From: Myxococcales bacterium
GTDB taxonomy: Bacteria; Myxococcota_A; UBA9042; JABWCM01; BTVJ01
NCBI GenBank assembly: GCA_045863395.1
Contig: BTVJ01000036.1
Span: forward strand, 1-64,000
DNA length: 64,000 nucleotides
Direction: 5' to 3'
A program made the position numbers and the translations under genes. Shown piece by piece: positions 20,059-28,962 of this stretch. A model generated the notes under the pieces. The model worked only from the letters and a program-made list of their open reading frames with translations. It was not told where the DNA came from and did not search any database. The number at the start of each line of letters is the position of its first letter. Within the stretch, counting starts at the first letter, position 1.

Positions 20059-20317
20059 CCACCGAGAGGGGGCGCATGCCCGCTCGGGCTCCCGTGCCCG
20101 AGGCGTGTTGCGCTGCACCGGGGGCAGGCGCTCGGGCGACGGGATGGAACGTGAGCGGAATCCCCGAGGGAGCCGGGCCCGGCAAGGCTGCGCTCGCCAG
20201 CGCGGCGCCCGTCCCGTCCCTCGCGCTCTGCCACGGGTCGCCCCGCCCCACTGGGGCCCATGCACCCCACGCACACGCCCATCCCTTCGCGAACGTCGTA
20301 ACCTCGCTCCTCGGTGG
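20059..20317 (+). ncRNA. Candidate 6S-like rod-shaped structured RNA
   Basis: At the usual ssrS position downstream of zapA. Nested complementary segments: 20059-66/20310-17, 20102-07/20274-79, 20114-17/20261-64, 20138-47/20209-18. No primary-sequence match confirmed. Confidence 0.35.
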
Positions 20318-20383
20318 TCTACCGACCGTCGGGGGCTTTGCTCATAGGGCCAGCCTTGCGCTGGACGGGGAGGACTCTCACCC

Positions 20384-22105
20384 ATGGAGACCGTGATCAC
20401 AGCCATCGTCGCCCTGGCGGCGGGGCTCGCCGGGGGCTTCCTGGCAGCCCGCAAGCGGGTCGAGGATCAGACGGAGCAGGCCCGGCGCCAGGCAGAGCAC
20501 ATCCTGGAGGAGGCCCGCAAGCAGTCGGAAGAGCACGTGCGACGTGCGGAGGAGCTGGGCCGCAAGGCAACCCAGATCGCCGAGAAGGCGGAGGCCGAGC
20601 GCCTCAAGGCGGCTGAGGACGAGCTGCGGAAGGCCCAGGAGGCCCGACGGGAGGCGTCGGAGGCAAAGCGAGACGGGGAGGAGCTCCGGCGCCGGAGCCA
20701 GGAGGCCCTCGCGCGCGCCGAGGAGGAGGCGGCGCGCACCCTGGCGCGCGCCCACGCGACGGAGGCCGAGTCCAAGGAGCAGCGAGCCGAGGTCCTGCGC
20801 CTCCAGACCCGCCTCGTCGAGAAGGAGCAGCACATCGACCGCAAGGCGGACCTGCTGAACGGCCGGGAGGCGGACCTGCTGCGCCGTGACCGGGAGACCG
20901 CCGAGCGCGAGCGCCGCAGCCAGGCGCGTGAGGCCGAGGTCGGGCAGCTCCACGGCGCGGCCCACGCCCGCCTGGAGGAGGTCGCGGGGCTGACCCGCGC
21001 GGAGGCCACCCGCCGCATCGTCGAGGACGTGGAGGAGGACGCACGCATCGAGGCCGCCCGCCGCCTCAAGCGCATCGAGGAGGAGACCCGCGCGGACGCG
21101 GACCGGCGCGCCAAGCGCCTGATCTCGACGGCGGTCATGCGCTACGCGGGGGAGTACGTCTTCGACCGGGTGGTCAGCGTCGTGGCCCTCCCGTCGGACG
21201 ACATGAAGGGCCGCATCATCGGGAGAGAGGGGCGCAACATCCGGGCCTTCGAGACGGCGACCGGCACGGACGTGATCATCGACGACACGCCGGAGGCGGT
21301 GGTGCTCTCCTGCTTCAACCCGGTGCGCCGCGAGGTGGCCCGGCTCTCGCTGGAGGCGCTGATCAAGGACGGCCGCATCCACCCGACCCGCATCGAGGAG
21401 GTGGTCGAGAAGACCCGCGCGGAGGTGGACCAGACCATCCAGGAGGCAGGCGAGTACGCGGTCTTCGAGCTCGGGCTCCAGACGGTGCACGCCGACCTGG
21501 TCAAGGTCATCGGGCGCCTCAAGTACCGCACGAGCTACGCCCAGAACGTGCTGGCGCACAGCATCGAGGTGGGCTTCCTGGCGGGGATCATGGCCGGGGA
21601 GCTCGGCCTCGACGTGAAGATGGCGCGGCGGGCGGGCCTGCTCCACGACATCGGCAAGGCCGTGGACCACGAGGTCGAGGGCCCGCACGCGATGATCGGT
21701 GCCCAGCTCTGCCGCAAGTACGGGGAGTCGCCGGAGGTCGTGAAGGCGGTGGCTGCCCACCACGAGGACGAGCCCGCGGACACGATCCTGGCGCAGCTCG
21801 TCTACGCCGCCGACGCACTGAGCAGCGCGCGCCCGGGCGCGCGCCGCGAGACCATGGAGAACTACATCAAGCGCCTGGAGGACCTCGAGGCCATCGGCCG
21901 CTCCTTCGACGGCGTGGAGCGCTCCTTCGCCATCCAGGCAGGCCGCGAGATCCGCGTCATGGTGGAGAACAGCGAGGTCTCCGACGAGGCGGCCGTGCTG
22001 CTCTGCCGCGACATCGCCAAGCGCATCGAGGAGAAGCTCACCTACCCCGGCCAGATCAAGGTCACCGTCATCCGGGAGACCCGGGCCGTGGACTACGCGA
22101 AATAG
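20384..22105 (+). CDS. rny: Ribonuclease Y
   Basis: N-terminal TM anchor, long coiled coil, KH domain ([14 protein letters not shown]), HD domain (LLHDIGK), C-terminal [20 protein letters not shown]. Confidence 0.97.
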   Translation: METVITAIVALAAGLAGGFLAARKRVEDQTEQARRQAEHILEEARKQSEEHVRRAEELGRKATQIAEKAEAERLKAAEDELRKAQEARREASEAKRDGEELRRRSQEALARAEEEAARTLARAHATEAESKEQRAEVLRLQTRLVEKEQHIDRKADLLNGREADLLRRDRETAERERRSQAREAEVGQLHGAAHARLEEVAGLTRAEATRRIVEDVEEDARIEAARRLKRIEEETRADADRRAKRLISTAVMRYAGEYVFDRVVSVVALPSDDMKGRIIGREGRNIRAFETATGTDVIIDDTPEAVVLSCFNPVRREVARLSLEALIKDGRIHPTRIEEVVEKTRAEVDQTIQEAGEYAVFELGLQTVHADLVKVIGRLKYRTSYAQNVLAHSIEVGFLAGIMAGELGLDVKMARRAGLLHDIGKAVDHEVEGPHAMIGAQLCRKYGESPEVVKAVAAHHEDEPADTILAQLVYAADALSSARPGARRETMENYIKRLEDLEAIGRSFDGVERSFAIQAGREIRVMVENSEVSDEAAVLLCRDIAKRIEEKLTYPGQIKVTVIRETRAVDYAK

Positions 22106-22149
22106 GGGCGTCCTGGCGAAATCCGAACAGGCTTGCTCGCTCTACCCTC

Positions 22150-23463
22150 TCAGCGCACGCGCACCAGCACGTAGCTCTTCTTTCCGCTGCGCAAGACCGC
22201 CGTACTCTCGCTGGCGAGTGTGTCCGTGGTCAGGCGCGCCTCGGCGGAGCCCACCCGGTGGTTGTTGAGATAGACGCCGCCCCCCTGGACGAGTCGGCGC
22301 GCCTCGCCCTTGCTCTTGCAGAGGCCCGCGGACACCAGCGCGTCGACCAGTGGCCACCCCTCGCCCGCCAGGGACTCCCTGGACAGGTCGATGCTGGGTA
22401 CGTCCGCAAAGATGCCGAGGATGGTCGCCTCGTCCAGGCCGTCCAAGGGCGCGCCGAACAGCACCTGGCTCGCACGGATCGCCTTGTCGGCCTCGGTCTC
22501 GCCATGGACCAGTGCGGTGACCTCGCGGGCCAGGGCCCGCTGGGCCTCTCGCGCCCCAGGGTCGCGGCTGAGGGCTGCCTCCAGCTCCCCGAGGCGCTCG
22601 TCCTCCAGGAGCGTGAAGGTGCGCAGGTAGCTCATCACGTCCCGGTCATCGGTGCGGACCCAGAACTGGTACATCTCGTAGGGGCTCGTGCGGGCCGCGT
22701 CGAGCCACACGGTGCCCGCCTCGGTCTTGCCGAACTTGCCGCCCGACGAGGTCTTCAGCAGCGGAAAGGTCATGCCGTGGGCGCGCCCACCCCGCAGGCG
22801 GCGGACGAGGTCGATGCCGGCGGTGATGTTGCCCCACTGGTCGCTCCCGCCGATCTGCAGGGAGCAGCCGAAGCGGTCGTACAGGTGCAGGTAGTCGGCG
22901 GCCTGGAGCAGCATGTAGGAGAACTCGGTGAAGGACATTCCGTGCTCGCGGTCCTCGATGCGGCTGCGCACGCTCTCCTTCTGGAGCATGGCGTTGACGC
23001 GGAAGTGCTTGCCGATGTCCCGGAGGAAGTCGATCAGCGAGAACGAGCACAGCCACTCGGCGTTGTTGACCAGCACGGCGGGGTTGTCGCGGGCGTCGAA
23101 GTCCAGGAAGCGCGCGAGCTGCGCCCGGATGCCCTCGACGTTCTCCTCGATGGTCTCCCGCGTCAGGAGCTGGCGCTCCGTCGTCTTGCCGCTCGGGTCG
23201 CCGATGAGGCCCGTGCCGCCTCCGACTACGGCTATCGGGCGGTGGCCGGCGCGCTGGAGCCGGACGAGCCCGAGGATGGGCACGAGCGTCCCGACGTGCA
23301 GGCTGCTCGCGGTGGGATCGAAGCCGCAGTAGGCGGTGAGCCGCTCCCGATCCAGCGCACCTGCCTCGATCTCTGGGGTGGCCTGCTCCACCACCCCTCG
23401 GCTGCGGAGCCGCTCGAAGAGCCCCGGGACGTTGCCTGTGTCACTCGCGCTTCCATGATCCAT
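22150..23463 (-). CDS. tyrS: Tyrosine--tRNA ligase
   Basis: YCGFDPTASSLHVG, QIGGSDQWGNI, KFGKT, C-terminal S4 domain (SKGEARRLVQGGGVYLN); GAGGTG RBS. Confidence 0.97.
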   Translation of the reverse strand: MDHGSASDTGNVPGLFERLRSRGVVEQATPEIEAGALDRERLTAYCGFDPTASSLHVGTLVPILGLVRLQRAGHRPIAVVGGGTGLIGDPSGKTTERQLLTRETIEENVEGIRAQLARFLDFDARDNPAVLVNNAEWLCSFSLIDFLRDIGKHFRVNAMLQKESVRSRIEDREHGMSFTEFSYMLLQAADYLHLYDRFGCSLQIGGSDQWGNITAGIDLVRRLRGGRAHGMTFPLLKTSSGGKFGKTEAGTVWLDAARTSPYEMYQFWVRTDDRDVMSYLRTFTLLEDERLGELEAALSRDPGAREAQRALAREVTALVHGETEADKAIRASQVLFGAPLDGLDEATILGIFADVPSIDLSRESLAGEGWPLVDALVSAGLCKSKGEARRLVQGGGVYLNNHRVGSAEARLTTDTLASESTAVLRSGKKSYVLVRVR

Positions 23464-23486
23464 GGCTCACCTCGTCAAGGGCCAGC

Positions 23487-23515
23487 GTCATACGGAGAGG
23501 TGCGCCATGTGTCAA
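23487..23515 (-). promoter_or_regulatory. Putative sigma70 promoter of tyrS (TTGACA-N17-TATGAC)
   Basis: Perfect -35, 17-bp spacer, near-consensus -10. Confidence 0.55.
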
Positions 23516-23589
23516 GACGGTTACGACGGAAGGTGGCGCCCAGGCGCGCCGCGTGTATACAGGAGGGTACACGGCCGTCCGATCCCTTA

Positions 23590-23765
23590 GAGGGTGTATT
23601 CAAAATGGCCCTGCTACGCGCGCGGTCGCATCCCGCTTGGCCGCGTCGCGGGCCTCCCGACGAGGGGACGAGTACCACGAGTACGCGCCCCCTCGTCGGG
23701 AAGCCCGCTCCTTGCCATGCGGGCGCGCCCACGCGCTCGCGACGGGCCATTTTGAATACACCCTC
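23590..23765. mobile_element. MITE (non-autonomous, IS5-family-like ends), 176 bp
   Basis: Perfect 22-bp terminal inverted repeats GAGGGTGTATTCAAAATGGCCC (23590-23611 / 23744-23765); TTA direct repeats at 23587-89 and 23766-68; internal hairpin TCCCGACGAGGGG...CCCCTCGTCGGGA; no transposase. Confidence 0.88.
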
Positions 23766-23803
23766 TTACCGCAACGCCCCGACCACGAGAGGTTGACTGG
23801 ACG

Positions 23804-24598
23804 ATGAATCAGCTCGTTGCCATCGCGTGCAGCACCCCGCAGGCGATCCCCCTGGCCATGGAGGCCGCCACGCCCTTCCTGGAGGCCGCGCCCGCCACCG
23901 AGGACTTCGCCAGCGGCGTCGCCACCTTCGGCCCCGACGGACAGCCCCTCGTCAGCCGTCGGCCCGCCGGCGGGCGCCGGGACGACGAGCTCAGGAGGGC
24001 GCTCGCCGGGGGCTTTGTCCTGCACCAGCTCACGAAGAACCTGGACGGACCCTTCCGGGGCGAGGACAGCCCGCCCTACCGCTACCGCCGCTGGGTCGGC
24101 GCTCTCTTGGACCGTATCGAGCCGGGCACACGCCCGTCGGACCCGGTCCTCGCCGTCCCGCCGCACATCGCGCGCAACATCCGCGGGCGGCGGGCGGCCG
24201 AGGAGGTGTTCCACCTGTTCGTCGCCTTCATGCACAGCTTCCACAACGTGGACGCGGCCACCCCGGACCCCGCAGTGACCCGCCGCGCGCTGCGCAGCGC
24301 CCTGTCGCTCATCCCGGGGCGCTGGGGCTCCACGGGCGGCGCGGCCATGGTGGTGTGCGACGGGCGCCTCATGGTGGCCACGAGCCACGACTGGCCCCTG
24401 TGGTTCGCCACCCTCGGAGACATGACGGACGGGCGGACGACCTTCGACGCGACGACGCGGCTCCCGATGCGCTCGGTGCCGCCCCGCGCCGTCGTCCTGA
24501 CCGACCGCCCCATGGACGGGCCAGGGTGGCGGCGCGTGCCCGACGGCGGCTTCCTGCTCGCTGACCGCGCGGGGCGCTGGGAGCTCGCAGAGGCGTGA
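23804..24598 (+). CDS. Class II glutamine amidotransferase-like (Ntn-fold) protein, probably non-catalytic
   Basis: EDSPPYRYRRW resembles the ENxHPFxxxxW motif and RNIRGRRAAEEVFHLF resembles xxIxGxTDSExxF; no Cys at position 2. Confidence 0.55.
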   Translation: MNQLVAIACSTPQAIPLAMEAATPFLEAAPATEDFASGVATFGPDGQPLVSRRPAGGRRDDELRRALAGGFVLHQLTKNLDGPFRGEDSPPYRYRRWVGALLDRIEPGTRPSDPVLAVPPHIARNIRGRRAAEEVFHLFVAFMHSFHNVDAATPDPAVTRRALRSALSLIPGRWGSTGGAAMVVCDGRLMVATSHDWPLWFATLGDMTDGRTTFDATTRLPMRSVPPRAVVLTDRPMDGPGWRRVPDGGFLLADRAGRWELAEA

Positions 24599-24599
24599 G

Positions 24600-26165
24600 C
24601 TAGCCCTTGCGGTCGTCCCACTTGAACCAGATCAGCCCCACCAGCACGACGAGCAGCAGCGCGCCCAGGCCGATGACCATCCACTTGCGGGAGGTCCCGA
24701 CCTCGGCGGCCGGCGCCGGAGCCGAGGGCTGCGCCTCGGCCGCCGCGGCAGGGACAGCGGCGGTCGCCGAGGCGGTCGCCGAGGCAGTCGGCGGGGGGGT
24801 CGGCGAAGGAGCCGGCGGCGCTGCGGGCTCCGGTGCGGGGGCGACGGCGAGCGGAGGAGGAGGCGATGGCGCGGCCCCCTCCCGGATGCGAGGCTCGGGA
24901 ACCACGGCCTGAGCCACCGCGTCGGGGCAGGGCTTCGAGCAGCCGGCCGCGTCCGCGTCCTTGTAGCCGTCGACGGTACCGCAGGCGTTGGCGATGCCGG
25001 CCCACCGCTCCAGCCCCTTGGCCCCCACGACGTCCGTCTTGTTGCCGCAGATCACGTTGTCATGGAGCTGGTGTGCGACGCAGCCCTCGGCGCCGTAGCT
25101 GCGCTTCGCCGCCGCCTGGCACTGCTGCTCGTAGGCGATGAGCTGCTCCTTGGTGCCCACGTCCACCTCACGCACGAGCTCCGTCTCGCCCTTGCGCATC
25201 TTGTTCGTCAGGTCGTTGGCGAGGCACACGTAGTTGGGCACGCAGCCCGGGATCCCGATGGCGTCCGTGACCTGGGGGGCGCACCGATCCATGAACACGT
25301 CCCACTCGGCGCCACCTTGGGCGTTCTCCTGTCCCGTCGGGCGGATCAGGATGTCGTGCCCAGCCGCCCGGAGGTCCGGCAGCCAGGCCTCGTGCACCTG
25401 GCAGCCGTGGCAGCCGCTCGAGTAGAACAGCGCCGTGCCCGCGCGCGCGCCCGGCAGGGGCGGCTTGCAGACGCATGGGTCCCAGGGGCCCGCGGCGCCG
25501 TCGCCCGAGCCCGACGCCGCCGGGCTGGAGAGCCGCACGCCGACGCTCCCGCCCGTGATCACGTTGTTCTTCAGCACCGGCAAGGCGTCACAGGCCGCGA
25601 TGCCCACCTGCGCTCCTTGGACGTGGGTGCCCGTGACGACGGCGCCCCGGTTGTCGAGGGTCGCGCCCGCCGGGCACGCGCCGCTGTCGTCCGCGCCGAA
25701 GGCGATGCCCACCTTGCCCTTGGACACGATGGAGCGGGTGACGCGCAAGCCCTCCGTCCCGATGGCACGGATGCCCGCGACCTCCGCCTCGACGGTGTTG
25801 TGGAACAGGGTCACCTGCTTCGCCCCGGCGACCTCGATGCCCACGTCGGCGCCGGCGACCTGGACGTTCTTCACCAGCACACCGCTGGCCTCCACCCGCA
25901 CGGCGACTGGGCTCTTGCCGCCCACGGACCGGATGTCCCGCTCCAGGCCGTCGAGGCGAGCGTCCTGCCCCTTGATGACCACGCAGGGGCCGCCGCCCTC
26001 GTGGACGATGTCGTCGGAGAGCTCCGCGCGGGCCCCGGTGGTCGCGAGGGCGGCAGTGCAGCTCTCGCAGGACGAGCAGCGGGTGGCGAACTGGGCGGAG
26101 GCCGGCGCCGGGGAGAGCGCTGCCCCTGTGACGAGCAGAGCAGCGAGGCGAATGGAGATCGTCAT
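24600..26165 (-). CDS. Secreted, C-terminally membrane-anchored beta-helix protein with an inserted CxxC domain
   Basis: Signal peptide; parallel beta-helix-like repeats (VKNVQVAGADVGIEV, VLKNNVITGGSVGVRL); ALFYSSGCHGCQ; Pro/Ala linker; C-terminal TM helix WMVIGLGALLLVVLVGLIWF. Confidence 0.7.
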   Translation of the reverse strand: MTISIRLAALLVTGAALSPAPASAQFATRCSSCESCTAALATTGARAELSDDIVHEGGGPCVVIKGQDARLDGLERDIRSVGGKSPVAVRVEASGVLVKNVQVAGADVGIEVAGAKQVTLFHNTVEAEVAGIRAIGTEGLRVTRSIVSKGKVGIAFGADDSGACPAGATLDNRGAVVTGTHVQGAQVGIAACDALPVLKNNVITGGSVGVRLSSPAASGSGDGAAGPWDPCVCKPPLPGARAGTALFYSSGCHGCQVHEAWLPDLRAAGHDILIRPTGQENAQGGAEWDVFMDRCAPQVTDAIGIPGCVPNYVCLANDLTNKMRKGETELVREVDVGTKEQLIAYEQQCQAAAKRSYGAEGCVAHQLHDNVICGNKTDVVGAKGLERWAGIANACGTVDGYKDADAAGCSKPCPDAVAQAVVPEPRIREGAAPSPPPPLAVAPAPEPAAPPAPSPTPPPTASATASATAAVPAAAAEAQPSAPAPAAEVGTSRKWMVIGLGALLLVVLVGLIWFKWDDRKG

Positions 26166-26376
26166 GGGGAGTCCTCCGTCGGGGTCTCAGGGCGTCGCTC
26201 GGCGCGACAGGCGGCGAAGTCTCGCACGGGAGACATCAATGCCACAACCCGCGTTCTGCTTCCCGGCGACCCGCTCCAGGAGCTCTGCCACGGCGCGCGG
26301 CCCGCTCCCCGGGCTGGGCTCGTGGTCCGCGACCCCTTTCCTTGTCATGGGTGCGGGGCGCGCTATCATCGGCGCC

Positions 26377-27600
26377 ATGTTGACCGGCCCCCTGGGACTG
26401 CTCGCCCTGGTGTGCGTCTGGCTCGTGGGCCACGCCGTGGTCGTGCGCCTGGACGGCAGGGGAGTGCCCGTTCGCGGCGTCGAGTACGTGGCGGCGGGTC
26501 TCCTGGCCTCCCTGCTCTCCGTCGGGGCGGACGGCCCGACGCTCGCGGGGGCCCTGGCCCCGCTGCTCGCAGTCATCCTCGTGGTGGTCGGGCTGGAGGT
26601 GGGCCTGAGGTTCCGCTTGCGCGCCCTGGCCGAGCTGCGCGCAGACGCCTTCCAAGGGGCGGCGCTGCTGGCGGGAGTGACGCTGCTGCTGGTGGGCGGC
26701 GCCACCATCGCGACCCTGGTCTGGCTCGGCCGCCACGACGCCCTGGAGATCGGCGCCGTGACCCTCGCGCTCGGCTCGGCCGCCATACCGAGCGCGTCCC
26801 GCACCCTGGCCTCGCTCATCCGAAGGACTCGCGCCTCCGGCTGGATGTCCGAGATGCTCGTCGCCGTGAGCTGGCTGTGCGAGGTGATCGCCGTGCTGCT
26901 CTACGGCCTCCTGTTCTGCGTCATGCACGCGGGGACGGTCAAGCTCGGCCGCCCACTGACGGGCGTCGAGTGGGCCGTGCTCTCCCTCGTGCTCGGGGCC
27001 GGGCTCGGGGCGGTCACGGCCGCGCTCATGGGCAACGACCGAGACCCGGACCGCCTCCTCGTCGTGCTCGTGGGCATGGGGCTCCTCCTGGCTGGCTCGG
27101 CGTGGTTCCTGAACCTGAGCCCCCTGTTCCTGGGCACGGTCGCGGGCATGGCCATCGCCAACCTGTCTCCGGGGAGGGAGCGGCTCCTGGATCTGACGGG
27201 CCTCCTGGCCAGACCGCTGGTGCCGGTCCTCGGCTTCTTCGCGGCGGCACTGTGGGCGCTCCCGACCGCCGCGGAGTGGGTCCTGGTCGCGGCCTTCCTG
27301 GTGTCGCGCCTGCCGGCCCGCTGGCTCGGGGGGGTGCTCGTAGAGGCCGCCTCGACCCACCCGGCGGCGGACACCCGGGGCATGGGGCGGGGCTTCGTCT
27401 CACAAGGAGCGCTCTCCGTGGGCATGGCCCTCGGCTTCCACCAGGCCTTCCCGCACATCCACGGCGCCGCCGTCCTCACGGCGGTGCTGCTGGGCGCGGC
27501 GCTGTCGGCGGTCCGGGAGGAGAGGCTGGCCCGGGACCTGCTGGTGGACGCAGGAGACATCCCCCTGGAGCTCGCGCCGGGCACGGAGGCACCCGCATGA
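26377..27600 (+). CDS. Cation:proton antiporter-like (CPA-fold) integral membrane protein
   Basis: About 12 hydrophobic segments; VGLEVGLRF and LNLSPLFLGTVAGMAIAN motifs typical of CPA-like proteins; first gene of the trk operon. Confidence 0.68.
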   Translation: MLTGPLGLLALVCVWLVGHAVVVRLDGRGVPVRGVEYVAAGLLASLLSVGADGPTLAGALAPLLAVILVVVGLEVGLRFRLRALAELRADAFQGAALLAGVTLLLVGGATIATLVWLGRHDALEIGAVTLALGSAAIPSASRTLASLIRRTRASGWMSEMLVAVSWLCEVIAVLLYGLLFCVMHAGTVKLGRPLTGVEWAVLSLVLGAGLGAVTAALMGNDRDPDRLLVVLVGMGLLLAGSAWFLNLSPLFLGTVAGMAIANLSPGRERLLDLTGLLARPLVPVLGFFAAALWALPTAAEWVLVAAFLVSRLPARWLGGVLVEAASTHPAADTRGMGRGFVSQGALSVGMALGFHQAFPHIHGAAVLTAVLLGAALSAVREERLARDLLVDAGDIPLELAPGTEAPA

Positions 27601-28955
27601 ACATCGTGGTCGCCGGGATGGGGGAGGTGGGGCGCTACATCGCGTCGCGGCTGATCCGCGACGGGCACGACGTCACGGTCATCGACGCGCGGAGCGACGC
27701 GGTTGCCCGCGCCGAGGAGACGCTGGACGTGCTCTCCGTGCGCGGCCACGCGGCCAACGCCGCCAGCCTGCGCGCGGCCCGCGTTGATCGGGCCGACCTG
27801 TTCATCGGGGTCACGGACCGGGGCGAGGTCAACATGATCTCCTGCCTGCGGGCCAAGATGCTCGGCTGCAAGAAGACCTTCGCGCGGGTGCAGGAGCGCG
27901 ACTACTTCGAGGACGAGCGCGGCGTCTACACGGACATGTTCGGCATCGACCTGGTGATCAACCCCACCTTCCTGCTCGCCCAGGAGATCCACAAGCTGAT
28001 CCGTACCCAAGGGGCGGTGGCGGTGGAGGACTTCGCCGACAACCAGATCGAGATGGTCCAGATCGCGGTGGACATGGACGCGGCCCCCATCGGCCGCCCC
28101 CTCCGCGAGCTGCGCCTGCCGGCGGGCACGCTGGTCGCGGGGGTGCTGCGCCGCGACGAGCTGATCATCCCCCACGGCGGCGACGTGCTGCTCTACAACG
28201 ACCAGGTGCTCGCCATCGGGCGCATCGAGGAGATCCCCAAGCTGGAGCACATGTTCGGTCGGGACCGCGACCGCATGAACCGCCGCACCTTCATCATGGG
28301 GGGTGGCGAGACCGGCCTGTCGCTGGCGCTGACCCTGTGCGCGGAGGGCACGGACGTGGTGCTCATCGAGCCCTCCCGGGAGAAGGCCCAGGCCCTGGCG
28401 GAGAAGCTGCCGCGCGCCACCGTGCTCCACGGCGACGGGACCGACGTGCACATGCTCGAGGAGGAGGGCATCCACCGCTGCGACGTCTTCGCCGCCGTCG
28501 GCGCCGTGGACGAGCACAACCTCATGGCCGCGCTCCTCGCCAAGGACCTCGGGGCGGCGCGATGCATCACGCTGGTCAACCGCCCCGACTACATCAACGT
28601 CTGTGGGCGCCTGGGGCTGGAGGCCACGCTGAGCCCCCGGCTCGTCGTCGCGCGCGAGGTCCTGCGCCACCTCCCCAAGGGCCAGGTGCTGACGACGACC
28701 CCGGTGCTGGGCGGTCGGGGCCTGTTCGTGGAGATTCGGGTCGGCGAGAGCTCGCGTATGGCCGGGAGGCCCCTCCGAGACGTCCAGTTCCCCCGCGGCG
28801 CCCTGCTGTGCGCCGCGTTCGCCACCGGCGGCGGCGCCTTCATCCCGAACGGCGACACGGTGCTCCAGCCCGACTGGCGCGCCGTCGCGTTCTGCCGCCC
28901 CGCCATGCTGCCCGCCGTCCAGCGCCTCTTCGAGCCGCGCTGGCTGGCGGTCTGA
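27597..28955 (+). CDS. trkA: Trk K+ uptake regulatory subunit
   Basis: MNIVVAGMGEVG and IMGGGETG Rossmann motifs, two RCK_N/RCK_C pairs; ATGA overlap with the upstream gene. Confidence 0.93.
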   Translation: MNIVVAGMGEVGRYIASRLIRDGHDVTVIDARSDAVARAEETLDVLSVRGHAANAASLRAARVDRADLFIGVTDRGEVNMISCLRAKMLGCKKTFARVQERDYFEDERGVYTDMFGIDLVINPTFLLAQEIHKLIRTQGAVAVEDFADNQIEMVQIAVDMDAAPIGRPLRELRLPAGTLVAGVLRRDELIIPHGGDVLLYNDQVLAIGRIEEIPKLEHMFGRDRDRMNRRTFIMGGGETGLSLALTLCAEGTDVVLIEPSREKAQALAEKLPRATVLHGDGTDVHMLEEEGIHRCDVFAAVGAVDEHNLMAALLAKDLGAARCITLVNRPDYINVCGRLGLEATLSPRLVVAREVLRHLPKGQVLTTTPVLGGRGLFVEIRVGESSRMAGRPLRDVQFPRGALLCAAFATGGGAFIPNGDTVLQPDWRAVAFCRPAMLPAVQRLFEPRWLAV

Positions 28956-28962
28956 GGCACCG

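Noticed and set aside
23464..23589. T-box riboswitch upstream of tyrS
   Set aside because: The putative promoter is only about 25 bp from the ATG and no T-box consensus was seen; the nearby structure is explained by the MITE.
25390..25425. CHGCQVH as a c-type heme-binding site
   Set aside because: It is CxxCxxH, not CxxCH; the context fits a thioredoxin-like motif better.
25062..27596. Apparent long N-terminal extensions of trkA (from 25062) and of the antiporter (from 25435)
   Set aside because: They overlap other real genes; the true starts fit 27597 (ATGA coupling) and about 26377.
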